A DNA stretch of 52,851 nucleotides from Clostridia bacterium (GTDB lineage: Bacteria; Bacillota; Clostridia; DUPQ01). The stretch lies in assembly GCA_016929655.1 (NCBI GenBank), contig JAFGIJ010000007.1:1-52851 (forward strand), given 5' to 3'. The notes below the pieces were generated by a model that ran no database searches, had not been told where the DNA came from, and was given only the letters and a program-made list of their open reading frames with translations. Positions 19,240-30,837 of the stretch are shown here, in pieces. The position numbers and the translations under genes are program-made. Within the stretch, counting starts at the first letter, position 1, and every line of letters starts with the position of its first letter.

Positions 19240-20508
19240 ATGGCTGAAAAATATTTGAAAAGGTGTATTGATTCAGTTCTTGAGATGTATTTAGAGACTT
19301 TTGGAGCTGTGTTGATTGAGGGTCCGAAGTGGTGTGGAAAGACCACAACCGCGTCAATGCAATCAGAAAGTATAATAAAATTACAAGATCCACGAAAATT
19401 CAATGATTATTTAAAGCTCGCTGAAATTAATCCAATGGCTTTGTTAGATGGTAAAAACCCCCGATTGATTGATGAATGGCAACTGGCTCCTATATTGTGG
19501 AATGCCATACGCGCAGAAGTTGATGATCGTAACAAGGAAGGTTTATTTATATTAACTGGCTCTACTACCTTAAAAAATGATGATACAATGCATTCCGGGA
19601 CAGGTCGTATAGCTCGTTTGTTGATGAGACCGATGAGCTTATATGAATCACTTAATTCAAGCGGCCAAATATCACTATCTGAACTATTCAAACAAAACAC
19701 TGAAATAGACGGAATAACCACCAGCATATCAATTGAAGATATATCAAAATACATCTGTAGAGGTGGATGGCCATCAACTATAGGTAAAAGTGATAAAAGT
19801 TCGCAATTAATTGCAGAAGATTATGTGAATTCAATTTGTGAAAGCGAGGCCTCCAGTGTTGATGGTTTTGAGAAAAATCCAAATAGAGTAAGGGCTGTAT
19901 TACGTTCATATTCGCGTAACATCTCAACATTAGCAACAAATAGGACAATTTTAAACGACATTGCAGCAAACGATATGCAGATATCAGAGCCAACTTTATA
20001 TTCATACTTAAATGCTTTGAACAGGCTTTTTGTTATTGAAGACATCCCGGCTTGGAGTCCTTCCATACGCTCAAAGACCGTTATCCGCTCTTCAAATAAA
20101 AAGGGGATTGTCGATCCTTCACTGGCAGCCGCTTCCCTGGGAATAACTCCTGGTAATATTTTTGACGATATGAAAACTTTCGGATTCCTTTTTGAATCTC
20201 TCTGCATTCGAGATTTAAGAATATATTCTCAGGAAATTGGTGGAAAAGTTTATTATTATCGCGATCGCTATGGACTGGAATGTGATGCAGTCATCAGACT
20301 AAATGACGGTAAATACTGTTTGATTGAAATAAAACTTGGAAACACTGATATTGATAAGGGAGCTGAGAATCTAACTAAACTTAGAAATTTATTAATTGAA
20401 AACGGTAAAAAACCTCCTCAGTTCCTAGCAGTTGTAAGCGGTGGAAATCTCGCTTATACCAGAGCTGATGGTGTCAAAGTTATTCCTATTACTTGTCTGA
20501 AAAATTAG
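19240..20508 (+). CDS. AAA_14 ATPase with DUF4143 domain, copy 2
   Basis: GPKWCGKT, LIDEWQ, HSGTGR, GGWP, DPSLA, GFLFES and ECDAV...IEIKLG; GAGGT RBS. Confidence 0.88.
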   Translation: MAEKYLKRCIDSVLEMYLETFGAVLIEGPKWCGKTTTASMQSESIIKLQDPRKFNDYLKLAEINPMALLDGKNPRLIDEWQLAPILWNAIRAEVDDRNKEGLFILTGSTTLKNDDTMHSGTGRIARLLMRPMSLYESLNSSGQISLSELFKQNTEIDGITTSISIEDISKYICRGGWPSTIGKSDKSSQLIAEDYVNSICESEASSVDGFEKNPNRVRAVLRSYSRNISTLATNRTILNDIAANDMQISEPTLYSYLNALNRLFVIEDIPAWSPSIRSKTVIRSSNKKGIVDPSLAAASLGITPGNIFDDMKTFGFLFESLCIRDLRIYSQEIGGKVYYYRDRYGLECDAVIRLNDGKYCLIEIKLGNTDIDKGAENLTKLRNLLIENGKKPPQFLAVVSGGNLAYTRADGVKVIPITCLKN

Positions 20509-20677
20509 CAGGCGTTTAGGAGTTCACATACAAACTCAGGCCCTGAACGAACCTGCCGTAATGATTTTTTCGAATTACCAATAATCAGCAAGCACCATTA
20601 TTTGAAGGCATTACACAATATCAACTATTAATTATACAAGATGGAAAATCATATTGCCGGAGTTATTGCGTAGACTC

Positions 20678-21403
20678 TTATTCAATATTGCTCAAACTAA
20701 GTTTTACATCTGAATTTTCATAATGTACCGGATACCTGTTTTCGTCATTTGTGTACCACATATACATTCTTGGCTTCGGTCCCAGAACAAGGCCTGTGTA
20801 TTTCATTTCCACTTTTATACATTCAAATGTCCCATAGGGTGATTCAATGGTCTCAATCCCCTGATATGAAATTCTGAACGGAATTATTTCACCGGCATCT
20901 ATTATTGAGATGTTGATGTTCTTCTCAAAGCCCTCTTCCATCGATAATGCACCAATGGTAAACAGCAGTGCTTCATTATCCAGGTAATATGCAGGAAGCT
21001 CAAGGGATTTTGTTTCCCTCTCTGCTGCTGTTCCGGCAACCATTTCAAGGGTTTCTCCATATTCAGCATTTATTTCCCAGTTTCTGTCCGGTTCAAGGTC
21101 ATATGTATTGCTCTTATATGCGCTGATTGGCAAAAGAGTATCTGCATTGAAGGTCGAGGCTGAAATAAACATCCCCTCCTCAAAATCAATTTCAACTTTT
21201 GTTGATACAAGTCCGTTTTCAACGATGACTTCATATATGACATCATTTACAACATCATCTTCAGTTCTATCATATGTGAATGTATGGCTTTCCTTGAAAA
21301 TATCCTTTGTTTCAAAAGTGTCGTCGCTGAATCCGGGTTTGCACCCTGTAAACAGTAATGCAATGGTTATTGCAAGTATCAAATATTTATAGTACCTTTT
21401 CAT
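20678..21403 (-). CDS. lipoprotein, DUF3108-like
   Basis: Lipobox LLFTG-C; beta-rich C-terminus GTFECIKV...MWYTND...YPV. Confidence 0.6.
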   Translation of the reverse strand: MKRYYKYLILAITIALLFTGCKPGFSDDTFETKDIFKESHTFTYDRTEDDVVNDVIYEVIVENGLVSTKVEIDFEEGMFISASTFNADTLLPISAYKSNTYDLEPDRNWEINAEYGETLEMVAGTAAERETKSLELPAYYLDNEALLFTIGALSMEEGFEKNINISIIDAGEIIPFRISYQGIETIESPYGTFECIKVEMKYTGLVLGPKPRMYMWYTNDENRYPVHYENSDVKLSLSNIE

Positions 21404-21404
21404 A

Positions 21405-21665
21405 TCATACCTCTATTTCAAGTACAAATTTATCAAAGTATACTTCTTCGATGAACTGTTCCCTGTCGAAGAATGTTTTTCTGTACTGGGCTATCTCCCT
21501 TGTATTCTTTTTCAGCCATATCGGAACAGGAATTTCAAGCTGCCGACAGAGCAATACAAAGGCCTCTTCCATGATATCATGAAAAGGCTTTTCAGTGTTC
21601 ACACCTTCTGTCTTCGCTTCCTTTATGAATGTATTGCCTATGACAAGCTTCCCGTAAAGATTCAT
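21405..21665 (-). CDS. small hypothetical protein
   Basis: Closely coupled to cimA. ATG 21665 (MNLYGKL...LEIPVPIWL) follows AGGAAGG. Confidence 0.7.
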   Translation of the reverse strand: MNLYGKLVIGNTFIKEAKTEGVNTEKPFHDIMEEAFVLLCRQLEIPVPIWLKKNTREIAQYRKTFFDREQFIEEVYFDKFVLEIEV

Positions 21666-21666
21666 T

Positions 21667-23229
21667 TCAGCCTTCCTGACACATGCAATACTCAATTGAA
21701 TCCACCAGTGCAAGCCAGCTGGCCTCTATGATGTCCGTGGATACTCCGATTGTTGTCCATTCGTTTTTCCCATCGGTTGTTTCAATAAGAACCCTGACCT
21801 TGGCTGCCGTTGCCATCTCTGAGTCCAGCACACGGACTTTGTAGTCTGTTAATTTTATCTGTTGTAGATTCGGATAGAATTTAGTAAGTGCCTTTCTTAG
21901 TGCTCCATCAAGGGCATCAACAGGCCCGTCCCCTTCAGCTGCGGTGACCTCAAACTCGTCGCCGACCTTTATTTTTATCATAGCTGTAGAATTTACATTG
22001 TTATAACTTGGTTCATTGACCATAACCTTGAATTCAACCAACTCAAAAGAGTGTTTATACAGACCAAGTATCCTACGGATAATCAGCTCAAAACTAGCTT
22101 CAGCTGCTTCGTATTGATAACCAAGGAATTCCATTTCCTTCAGTTTATTCATTATCTCTCTGGTTTTCGGATCCTTTTTGGTTATTTTAGGATCGATTTT
22201 ACCGAGAAGTTTCATTACCGAACTTCCACCGGCTACTTCACTCATGAGTATATGTCTGCTGTTTCCTACTTCGGATGGGTCAAAGAGTTCATATGACTTT
22301 GTATTCTTTGTAAGTGCATCCGTGTGCATGCCACCTTTATGTGAAAAAGCAGCGGAACCCACAAAAGGGGATTCATCATGTAAGGAAAGATTGGCAACTT
22401 CACTTATAAATACGGCAGTTTCTGACCAGAATGGCATTTGATTTTCAGGTATGCAGTCATAATTTCTGAGTAACTGCAGGTTCGGAACTATGGTTGTAAG
22501 ATTGGCATTTCCGCATCTTTCCCCCAGTCCGTTCATTGTTCCCTGGACCTGGATTGCTCCTGCTTCAACAGCTGCAATGGTTGAAGCTACCGCCATTCCA
22601 TTGTCATTATGGCAGTGTATTCCTATCTGTACATTGAATTTCTCAATTACAGTTTTGCTCATTTCATAAGTTTCAGTAGGAAAGGTTCCGCCGCGTGTGT
22701 CACATAGACAAAGCGAGAATGCTCCGCTTTCAACTGCCGCTTCCAGGGTTTTCATTGCATAATCAGGATTGGCTTTGTAACCGTCAAAGAAATGTTCTGC
22801 ATCAAATATTACATCAAAGCCCTTTTCAACAAGGAAGCTGATTGAATCACTTATCATTTCAAGGTTTTCTTCAAGGGTGGTCTTTAAAATTTCAGTGACA
22901 TGGAAATCCCAGCTCTTTCCAAACACTGCAGCGGTCTTCACACCTGATGCAACTATATGCATTAAATTAGTATCTTCTGAAGCTTTTATGCCGGGTCTTC
23001 TGGTACTTCCGAATGCAACAATCTTTGAGTGATTTAGTTTTATATCCTTTATACTGTTGAAAAATTCAGCGTCCTTGGGATTGGAACCTGGATTTCCTGC
23101 TTCAATATAATCAATGCCGGCATCGTCAAGTTTTTTAACAATCTTTATTTTATCCTTTACTGTAAAAGAAACACTTTTTCCCTGGGCACCATCCCTTAAA
23201 GTCGAATCATAAACATATATCTTATTCAT
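21667..23229 (-). CDS. cimA: citramalate synthase
   Basis: YDSTLRDGAQ, GNPGSNPKD, FDAEHFFDG, HCHND, HKGGMH and DYKVRVL. Confidence 0.9.
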   Translation of the reverse strand: MNKIYVYDSTLRDGAQGKSVSFTVKDKIKIVKKLDDAGIDYIEAGNPGSNPKDAEFFNSIKDIKLNHSKIVAFGSTRRPGIKASEDTNLMHIVASGVKTAAVFGKSWDFHVTEILKTTLEENLEMISDSISFLVEKGFDVIFDAEHFFDGYKANPDYAMKTLEAAVESGAFSLCLCDTRGGTFPTETYEMSKTVIEKFNVQIGIHCHNDNGMAVASTIAAVEAGAIQVQGTMNGLGERCGNANLTTIVPNLQLLRNYDCIPENQMPFWSETAVFISEVANLSLHDESPFVGSAAFSHKGGMHTDALTKNTKSYELFDPSEVGNSRHILMSEVAGGSSVMKLLGKIDPKITKKDPKTREIMNKLKEMEFLGYQYEAAEASFELIIRRILGLYKHSFELVEFKVMVNEPSYNNVNSTAMIKIKVGDEFEVTAAEGDGPVDALDGALRKALTKFYPNLQQIKLTDYKVRVLDSEMATAAKVRVLIETTDGKNEWTTIGVSTDIIEASWLALVDSIEYCMCQEG

Positions 23230-24760
23230 CAGATTCTCCATTACCATTGCTGTTGATTACGGAATAGGCTCTGTTGGCTGCGTTGAGATAAGCTTTTATA
23301 CTGGCTTCAATTATATCCGTTGACACTCCGTGTCCCACAAAACGATGGCCATCCTTCAGAACCTTGACATTGACTTCACCCATGGCATCCTTACCACCGG
23401 TAACCGCCTTGATTTTATAGTCTTCAAGTCTCATAGGGAATTTCATGCATCTGTCAATTGCGTTCAGGGCTGCATCAATGGGACCATCACCTGTTGCGGC
23501 TTCCGTTATATATTCATCACCCTTTTTCAATTTTATGGTAGCCGTTGAAATAAGTTTGTTACCACTGCTTATCTGGAACTGATCGAGCTCGAACACTTCT
23601 TCCACCTTGAACATTTTTTCAAGAAGAATTGCATCAATATCCTCCGTAAGAACCTGTTTTTTCTTATCAGCCAGATCCTTGAATTTTATAAATGCATCAT
23701 TCAGGTCCTCTTTTGTAAGGTCATAACCCATTTCCTTGAGCTTTTCCTCAAAGGCATGGCGTCCTGAATGTTTTCCAAGAACCATGTTGTTGTGCTTTAG
23801 CCCGATTGATTCAGGTGTCATTATTTCATAGGTGGTTTTTTCTGCCATGATTCCATGCTGATGTATACCTGACTCATGTGCAAATGCATTTTTACCAACA
23901 ATGGCTTTGTTGGGCTGAACATTAACTCCGGTGAGTGTACTCACAAGATTGCTGGTTTTACTTATCAAGGTTGTGTTTATTCCATGGCTGAAATCATAGA
24001 AGTCTTTTCTTGTGTCAATTGCCATTATGATTTCTTCGAGGGCTGCATTTCCTGCCCTTTCACCCAATCCGTTTATTGTACATTCCACAAGGTCTGCTCC
24101 ATTCTGGATGGCAGAAAGTGAATTGGCTACAGCCAGTCCCAGGTCATTGTGGCAATGAACTGAAATTCCAACGGTTTCAATACCCTTTACATTTGCCTTT
24201 ATGTCCTTGATCAATTTTCCGAACTCATCAGGAGTTGTATATCCTACAGTATCCGGTACATTGAGCATTATTGCCCCAGCTTCAATGGCTGCCTCGTAAA
24301 CCTTGTACAGAAATTCGCGTCTTGACCTGCTGGCATCCTCTGCTGAAAATTCAACATAATCAGTATATGCCTTAGCCCTGGCAACCATGGTTCTGGTTCG
24401 TTCAAGAACTTCTTCCTCGGTCATCCTCAGCTTGAACTTCATATGTATGTCACTGGTTGCAATGAATGTGTGAATGCCCGGGTTCTTGGCTCCCTTAACT
24501 GCTTCCCATGCAGTGTCAATGTCTTTCTCAACAGCTCTTGCAAGACTTGTTACAGTACAGTTCCTGACTGTTTCAGCAACAGCTTTGACCGCTTCGAAGT
24601 CACCCTTTGATGTTATTGCGAATCCGGCTTCAATGGTATCCACGCCAAGTAGTTCAAGCTGCCTTGCTATTGCAGTTTTTTCTTCCAGGTTCAGGCTTAC
24701 TCCGGGAGTCTGTTCGCCGTCTCTGAGTGTTGTATCAAGTATCCTTATTCTTCTTGTCAT
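23222..24760 (-). CDS. leuA: 2-isopropylmalate synthase
   Basis: [32 protein letters not shown] and LGKHSGR. Confidence 0.95.
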   Translation of the reverse strand: MTRRIRILDTTLRDGEQTPGVSLNLEEKTAIARQLELLGVDTIEAGFAITSKGDFEAVKAVAETVRNCTVTSLARAVEKDIDTAWEAVKGAKNPGIHTFIATSDIHMKFKLRMTEEEVLERTRTMVARAKAYTDYVEFSAEDASRSRREFLYKVYEAAIEAGAIMLNVPDTVGYTTPDEFGKLIKDIKANVKGIETVGISVHCHNDLGLAVANSLSAIQNGADLVECTINGLGERAGNAALEEIIMAIDTRKDFYDFSHGINTTLISKTSNLVSTLTGVNVQPNKAIVGKNAFAHESGIHQHGIMAEKTTYEIMTPESIGLKHNNMVLGKHSGRHAFEEKLKEMGYDLTKEDLNDAFIKFKDLADKKKQVLTEDIDAILLEKMFKVEEVFELDQFQISSGNKLISTATIKLKKGDEYITEAATGDGPIDAALNAIDRCMKFPMRLEDYKIKAVTGGKDAMGEVNVKVLKDGHRFVGHGVSTDIIEASIKAYLNAANRAYSVINSNGNGESDE

Positions 24761-24818
24761 GAATTCCACCTTCCTTCTTTTATAAACAATACCCGGCTCT
24801 TCGCCGGGTACCTGTTCT

Positions 24819-26329
<1,511 letters not shown>

Positions 26330-26805
26330 CAGTGCACCTCCTGTTTAATTGCCCTATATAATATCACATTTTCGTTTATGTAGTATTAAAAATAATAATG
26401 AATAAATATGCAATTGTCAAGAAACACTATGTTTTGCGGCCCTTATTACAAAGCGCCGCTGTTATATGACAACTTGGTGTGACTTCTCTTTTATCAGGTA
26501 TTATATTCACTGTATGTTTTATATCATACCCGTACTGCTTGATATACTGAAATACTTTGTACTTTACCTGCTTCACTTGAATGACTTGGAAAACAAAGAT
26601 ATTAAGCCATACACCCTTTGGTTTGGCGGCTTGTTCTTTTTGACCAAATTAATACCCTTCTTTTTTCTGCCGGATGAAAACCTTAAACAACCCGTAATTC
26701 AGAATTTTTCAATCGGCTGAAACTCTCATGACTGAAGAAACGGGTGTTATTAACTAAGTTATATAGATCCAAATATGTAAGTTTTCTTAAAACATATTAT
26801 TCTGC

Positions 26806-27120
26806 TTATACCTTAACCAGTACAATTTCCTGGTTTTCATCGTGAGTTCCCCTTGGATACACTTTTATTTCCATGCCCATGCCAAGTTCATTCATATAGT
26901 TTATCAAGGTTGAAATTTTTATATCCTTTCTGGATTCAAGTTTTGAAATACCTGACTGTGAAAATGATTTAATCTCATTCTGTCTGATTCCCTGCATTTT
27001 TCTGAGCTCAGAAAATTTTATCAGGAAAATATCATGTGCAGCTTCACGCTTTGCCTGCTCTGTTTCTGTCACACTTAATTCACCTTCAAGCTTGCTTATA
27101 TAATCTTCATATATCTTCAT
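26806..27120 (-). CDS. XRE-family HTH antitoxin (HigA-like)
   Basis: LRKMQGIRQ...SQSGISKLESRKDIKISTL, directly downstream of the RelE-like gene. Confidence 0.8.
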   Translation of the reverse strand: MKIYEDYISKLEGELSVTETEQAKREAAHDIFLIKFSELRKMQGIRQNEIKSFSQSGISKLESRKDIKISTLINYMNELGMGMEIKVYPRGTHDENQEIVLVKV

Positions 27121-27465
27121 TTGATTCACCCTCACCAGCGAAATATTTATAATAAATATTTTCTGCTGTATTGATCATGGTTTTGTAGAATCTTTTATTC
27201 CCTGACTTGTCTCCACCTATCAGTAAAAAATCTCCCTTTTTCTATCAATCACATAGAATATCCGAATTTCCTGATTCAACGCACTGATTCTTAGTTCCTT
27301 CAAATTGGATAAACGGCTTCCATCTATTGAGTCAGCATACGGTCTCCCAAGTTGTGGTCCAAACCTTTTCAACAAATATAATCGCGAAAGTATTTTTGCT
27401 TTGGTTTTAGTGTCAAGGTTTTCTATCCAACAGTCAAATTCCTGAGTTGCGTTTACTTTCCACAT
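27107..27465 (-). pseudogene. RelE/HigB (phage Gp49-like) toxin, frameshifted
   Basis: MWKV...GPQLGRPYADSIDGSRLSNLKELR stops at 27220. The family-typical C-terminus LLIGGDKSGNKRFYKTMINTAE continues in the -1 frame to a stop at 27107. Confidence 0.85.
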
Positions 27466-27573
27466 CAATATTACCACCACAAAATATGAAGTCAAGTGAA
27501 TATTTTTATTTTGTGTACAAAATCACTTAAATGGCATTATATATCAAATTTTACTAAATGACAATAATTGTTA

Positions 27574-28416
27574 TTATATAATTACTCTGTTCAAATGCTT
27601 CTTTGCTATCCTCTGAAGCTCTATGAGTTTTCTGAAGTTCTGCACCGGTTTGTCAGTCATCTTGTACATCGGTCTGAAAGGTATAATATGAAAAGGTATG
27701 TTCTTATCAACTGAAGCAAGCCACATGCACATTCTCTCCATTTCTTCCTCTGAGTCATTTACTCCCGGAATCGAAAGATTCGTTATTTCAACGTGGCACT
27801 TTCCTGAAACAGCTTTGATTGTCTCTTTGACGGGTTCAAGGTGACCTCCGCATATATTTCGGTAGAATTCATCATTGAATGCCTTCAGATCTATATTCAT
27901 TGCATCTACATATTGCAATAGTAATTCCATTGGTTCAGGGTTTATATATCCATTTGTTACCAGAACAACCTTTAGTCCAAGTTCCATGGCAAGCTTTGCT
28001 GAATCCAGTACATATTCATACCAAATGATCGGTTCATTATATGTAAATGCTATTCCAATGTTATTGTTCAGGTTCCCGGCAGCTTCACATAGTTCCGAAG
28101 GACTGAGTTCCCTGACATCCGGCATTTCTCTGGATATTTGATAATTCTGGCAGAATGAGCATCTGAAATTGCACCCGAATGTTCCAACTGAAAGTATGTG
28201 GCTTCCCGGCATAAAATAATCAAGCGGCTTTTTTTCTATTGGATCGAGTGCCAGTGATGACACTTTTCCATATGTTAATGTTTCGAGTATTCCACCTGTG
28301 TTTTTTCTGGCATTGCATAGTCCTGTTGACCCTTCGTTCAGCAGGCAGTTACTGGGGCACAGATTGCATCTGACCTTTTTACCGCCGACCTTTGAAAAGA
28401 ACATTGCTTCCTTCAT
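27574..28416 (-). CDS. amrS: AmmeMemoRadiSam radical SAM enzyme
   Basis: CNLCPSNC, DPIEKKPL, CNFRCSFCQN, FTYNEP and NIDLK. Confidence 0.9.
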   Translation of the reverse strand: MKEAMFFSKVGGKKVRCNLCPSNCLLNEGSTGLCNARKNTGGILETLTYGKVSSLALDPIEKKPLDYFMPGSHILSVGTFGCNFRCSFCQNYQISREMPDVRELSPSELCEAAGNLNNNIGIAFTYNEPIIWYEYVLDSAKLAMELGLKVVLVTNGYINPEPMELLLQYVDAMNIDLKAFNDEFYRNICGGHLEPVKETIKAVSGKCHVEITNLSIPGVNDSEEEMERMCMWLASVDKNIPFHIIPFRPMYKMTDKPVQNFRKLIELQRIAKKHLNRVII

Positions 28417-29804
28417 TTGAATCTCTCTACTCTGAATCTCTCCATTTCATATTTTTCATTTCTGTTGATTCCTGCTTTCCTGAGGGCGATTGATACCTGC
28501 TCTTCCACCGTATCTATTCCTTCAAGATTTGGCAGCAGCAATCCGCTTTTATAACCACTGCGAACAATAACTCCGTATTCCAACACATTCAGTTCATCCA
28601 TGGACTTGATTGGCTCCGGTTCGTGAAGCAGGTCAACACTGATTTCGAGGTCATCCAGTTCCCACTCCTCTATGGGATTAAACCTTGGGTCCCTTGTTGA
28701 TGCACTTATAGCATTGTTGATGATTTCCTTTTCAACACATGATGTTGTCGGAGATATGGTTCCTATACAACCTCTTAGACTTCCATGCTTTTTGATTGAA
28801 ACAAATACACCTTTTTTTATTTCACTGGTTTTACCGGGAGCAATTATATAACCATTTTTGACATATTCTTCGATAGTCTTTCTGGCAAGCTTCACATATT
28901 CAGATTCATTTTTCCCGGCTTCCTTTTTTATGTCAGCCATCTTCAGAATATATTCATCTATCACACTGTTTGAAGCAGGTCCTTCATCATGGATGGATGC
29001 AGTCATGTATCCAACACCAAATGGACCTTCATATGAATGAACTTCCTGGCTGGTCTTTCTGTCTTCAAACAAACCAAGCAGTATTGTGATGGACCTGTGT
29101 CCGCACTCTCCTGCGTTGTTTCGGATTTTGTCATCAATCCCAAGAAATCCTGCAAAATCTCCCTCGCCGATGGTTTTTACAACCAGTTCATCGTATACAG
29201 GACCATCAGGATTGAATTCATAAGGTCCTTCTTTCTTTAATTTATGTGATAAATCTGAACTTGCAATTACAACGGTTTTTCTTCCGGTTTCCATTATTGC
29301 TTCTCTTAGTGCCATTCCACAGCTGTATAGCTTTTCAGGTCCAATTGTTCCATAGGTAAGGTGTACCAGTTTAAAGTTGCTGTATCTTTCCTGTATAAAA
29401 AACAAGGGAACCAGTACACCATGGTCTATTTCCCTGTCCAAACTATATCGCTTTGCAGTGCTTTGATTGTTTTTCACGGCTGGAACTGAAGCGTTTTCCA
29501 GGCTTTTTAAAAAGTTTTCAGTGAGTTCCGTATCGTTTGGAAATGTAAATTTTATTTCAGAATGCCCGAATTTCTTGAAGCTTCCTGACAGAGTCTTATC
29601 CGTATTCAGGCAGACTGCGTCCCTGAAAACCGGGCCATGTGGAGTTATTACAACTATCGTTTCCGGCTCCAGCCTTTCAATTTCCCCCGTAATTGTTCTG
29701 CAGCCATCAATTGTTGCAAAAGCCCTTTTCTCCTCACCCTTCCCGATAGCGGGGAGTATAATCGGAGGATGGGGCATGATAAATCCATTTATCCTATAAT
29801 CCAT
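28413..29804 (-). CDS. amrA: AmmeMemoRadiSam protein: LigB/Memo-like domain fused to AMMECR1
   Basis: MPHPP, DHG, SSDLSH, YEGPFGVGY, and the AMMECR1 motifs LRGCIGT, DPRF and GLLLP. Confidence 0.9.
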   Translation of the reverse strand: MDYRINGFIMPHPPIILPAIGKGEEKRAFATIDGCRTITGEIERLEPETIVVITPHGPVFRDAVCLNTDKTLSGSFKKFGHSEIKFTFPNDTELTENFLKSLENASVPAVKNNQSTAKRYSLDREIDHGVLVPLFFIQERYSNFKLVHLTYGTIGPEKLYSCGMALREAIMETGRKTVVIASSDLSHKLKKEGPYEFNPDGPVYDELVVKTIGEGDFAGFLGIDDKIRNNAGECGHRSITILLGLFEDRKTSQEVHSYEGPFGVGYMTASIHDEGPASNSVIDEYILKMADIKKEAGKNESEYVKLARKTIEEYVKNGYIIAPGKTSEIKKGVFVSIKKHGSLRGCIGTISPTTSCVEKEIINNAISASTRDPRFNPIEEWELDDLEISVDLLHEPEPIKSMDELNVLEYGVIVRSGYKSGLLLPNLEGIDTVEEQVSIALRKAGINRNEKYEMERFRVERFK

Positions 29805-29819
29805 AAAACCCTCCTGACA

Positions 29820-29841
29820 AAAAAAGCCCCTAAGGGCCTTT
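29820..29841 (-). terminator. intrinsic terminator-like hairpin after the Gfo gene
   Basis: Minus strand AGGCCC-TTA-GGGGCT followed by a T run. Confidence 0.5.
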
Positions 29842-30735
29842 CTAATATTTCATAAGCTTTTCTGTTTTCCCGCTCTTCATTGCCTTCACAGTGGCATCCA
29901 GCAGATTCATTATCTCAAGGGTGTCTTCAAAACCAACCGGAGCCGGCCCTCCATTGAAGAATTTTACAATTCTCTCAAGCAAACCTTTGTACGCGTAGGT
30001 CATGTCAGCAATGAACACCTGTTTATCTTCATTGCTTCGCACGGATCCACCATATACGAAAGCGCCTTCAGCAAGTTCAACAACGCCTCGTCTACCGTCC
30101 TTATACCTTATTACTGCAACCACTCCCTTGTCGTCATTTACTACTGATACCTCTTCAGCACCGCATCCCATCATTCTCTGCAGCATTTCGAATGCATGTA
30201 CTCCGTACCATATTACCGATTCTCCTGCAGCTGCAATCCCAAGTGGACCAAAAACGCTTGCACACTGTATATTTTCAACAGAATCAACTGCTTCCTCCAT
30301 GTTCTGAATAAATCTAAGAGATGACGCAGAAAACATTCTAGCATTATATTTTTCGGCTATTTTCTTTATTTCCAGTCCGTTTTCCATTGTATCTGCAAGT
30401 GGTTTGTCAAGAAACATAGGAAGACCGAGTTTTGCAGCTCTTTCAAAGTATTCAACATGAAGTGTTGGATCATTGACTTCGAGCAACAGAGCTTCTGCGC
30501 CTTCAACAGTTTTATCAAAATCCTCGTAAACTTTTACTCCCCATTTCTCAAGCTGAGCCGTTCTTTCATCCAGGCCCTTCTTGTCCTGGAACGGAGTTTC
30601 AAATCTCATGCAGCTTATTATTTCAAGGCCGTCCACCTTCTGGCTGCTTTCACACTCCGGAGCCTGTGCTCTCATTGTAAATTGAATTGAATGACTGGTA
30701 TCAAGACCGATAATTGCTGTTTTGATTTTTTTCAT
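29842..30735 (-). CDS. Gfo/Idh/MocA-family oxidoreductase
   Basis: IIGLDTSH, FLDKPLA, SASSLRF and WYGVH. Confidence 0.85.
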   Translation of the reverse strand: MKKIKTAIIGLDTSHSIQFTMRAQAPECESSQKVDGLEIISCMRFETPFQDKKGLDERTAQLEKWGVKVYEDFDKTVEGAEALLLEVNDPTLHVEYFERAAKLGLPMFLDKPLADTMENGLEIKKIAEKYNARMFSASSLRFIQNMEEAVDSVENIQCASVFGPLGIAAAGESVIWYGVHAFEMLQRMMGCGAEEVSVVNDDKGVVAVIRYKDGRRGVVELAEGAFVYGGSVRSNEDKQVFIADMTYAYKGLLERIVKFFNGGPAPVGFEDTLEIMNLLDATVKAMKSGKTEKLMKY

Positions 30736-30837
30736 TGTTTTTCCTCCCCATCAGATGAAATTAGTTTACCACCGGTAAATATGTCTTTCAATAGAAGACG
30801 TTCTATTTTGTAGTATACTTCTATATGAAAGGTAAAT

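Noticed and set aside
14479-20677. Defined prophage, ICE or IS element
   Set aside because: No integrase, transposase or phage gene, and no flanking direct repeats found by eye.
24790-24810. Hairpin TACCCGGC-TCTTC-GCCGGGTA as a terminator
   Set aside because: No clear U tract and it lies inside the ilvC-leuA operon; more likely an mRNA stabiliser, so not called.
26330-26800. T-box or leader peptide for the ilv-leu operon, and ORF 26466-26720
   Set aside because: No T-box (GGTGGNACC) sequence on the minus strand. The Leu/Ile-rich ORF is on the wrong strand, with no RBS or recognisable motif.
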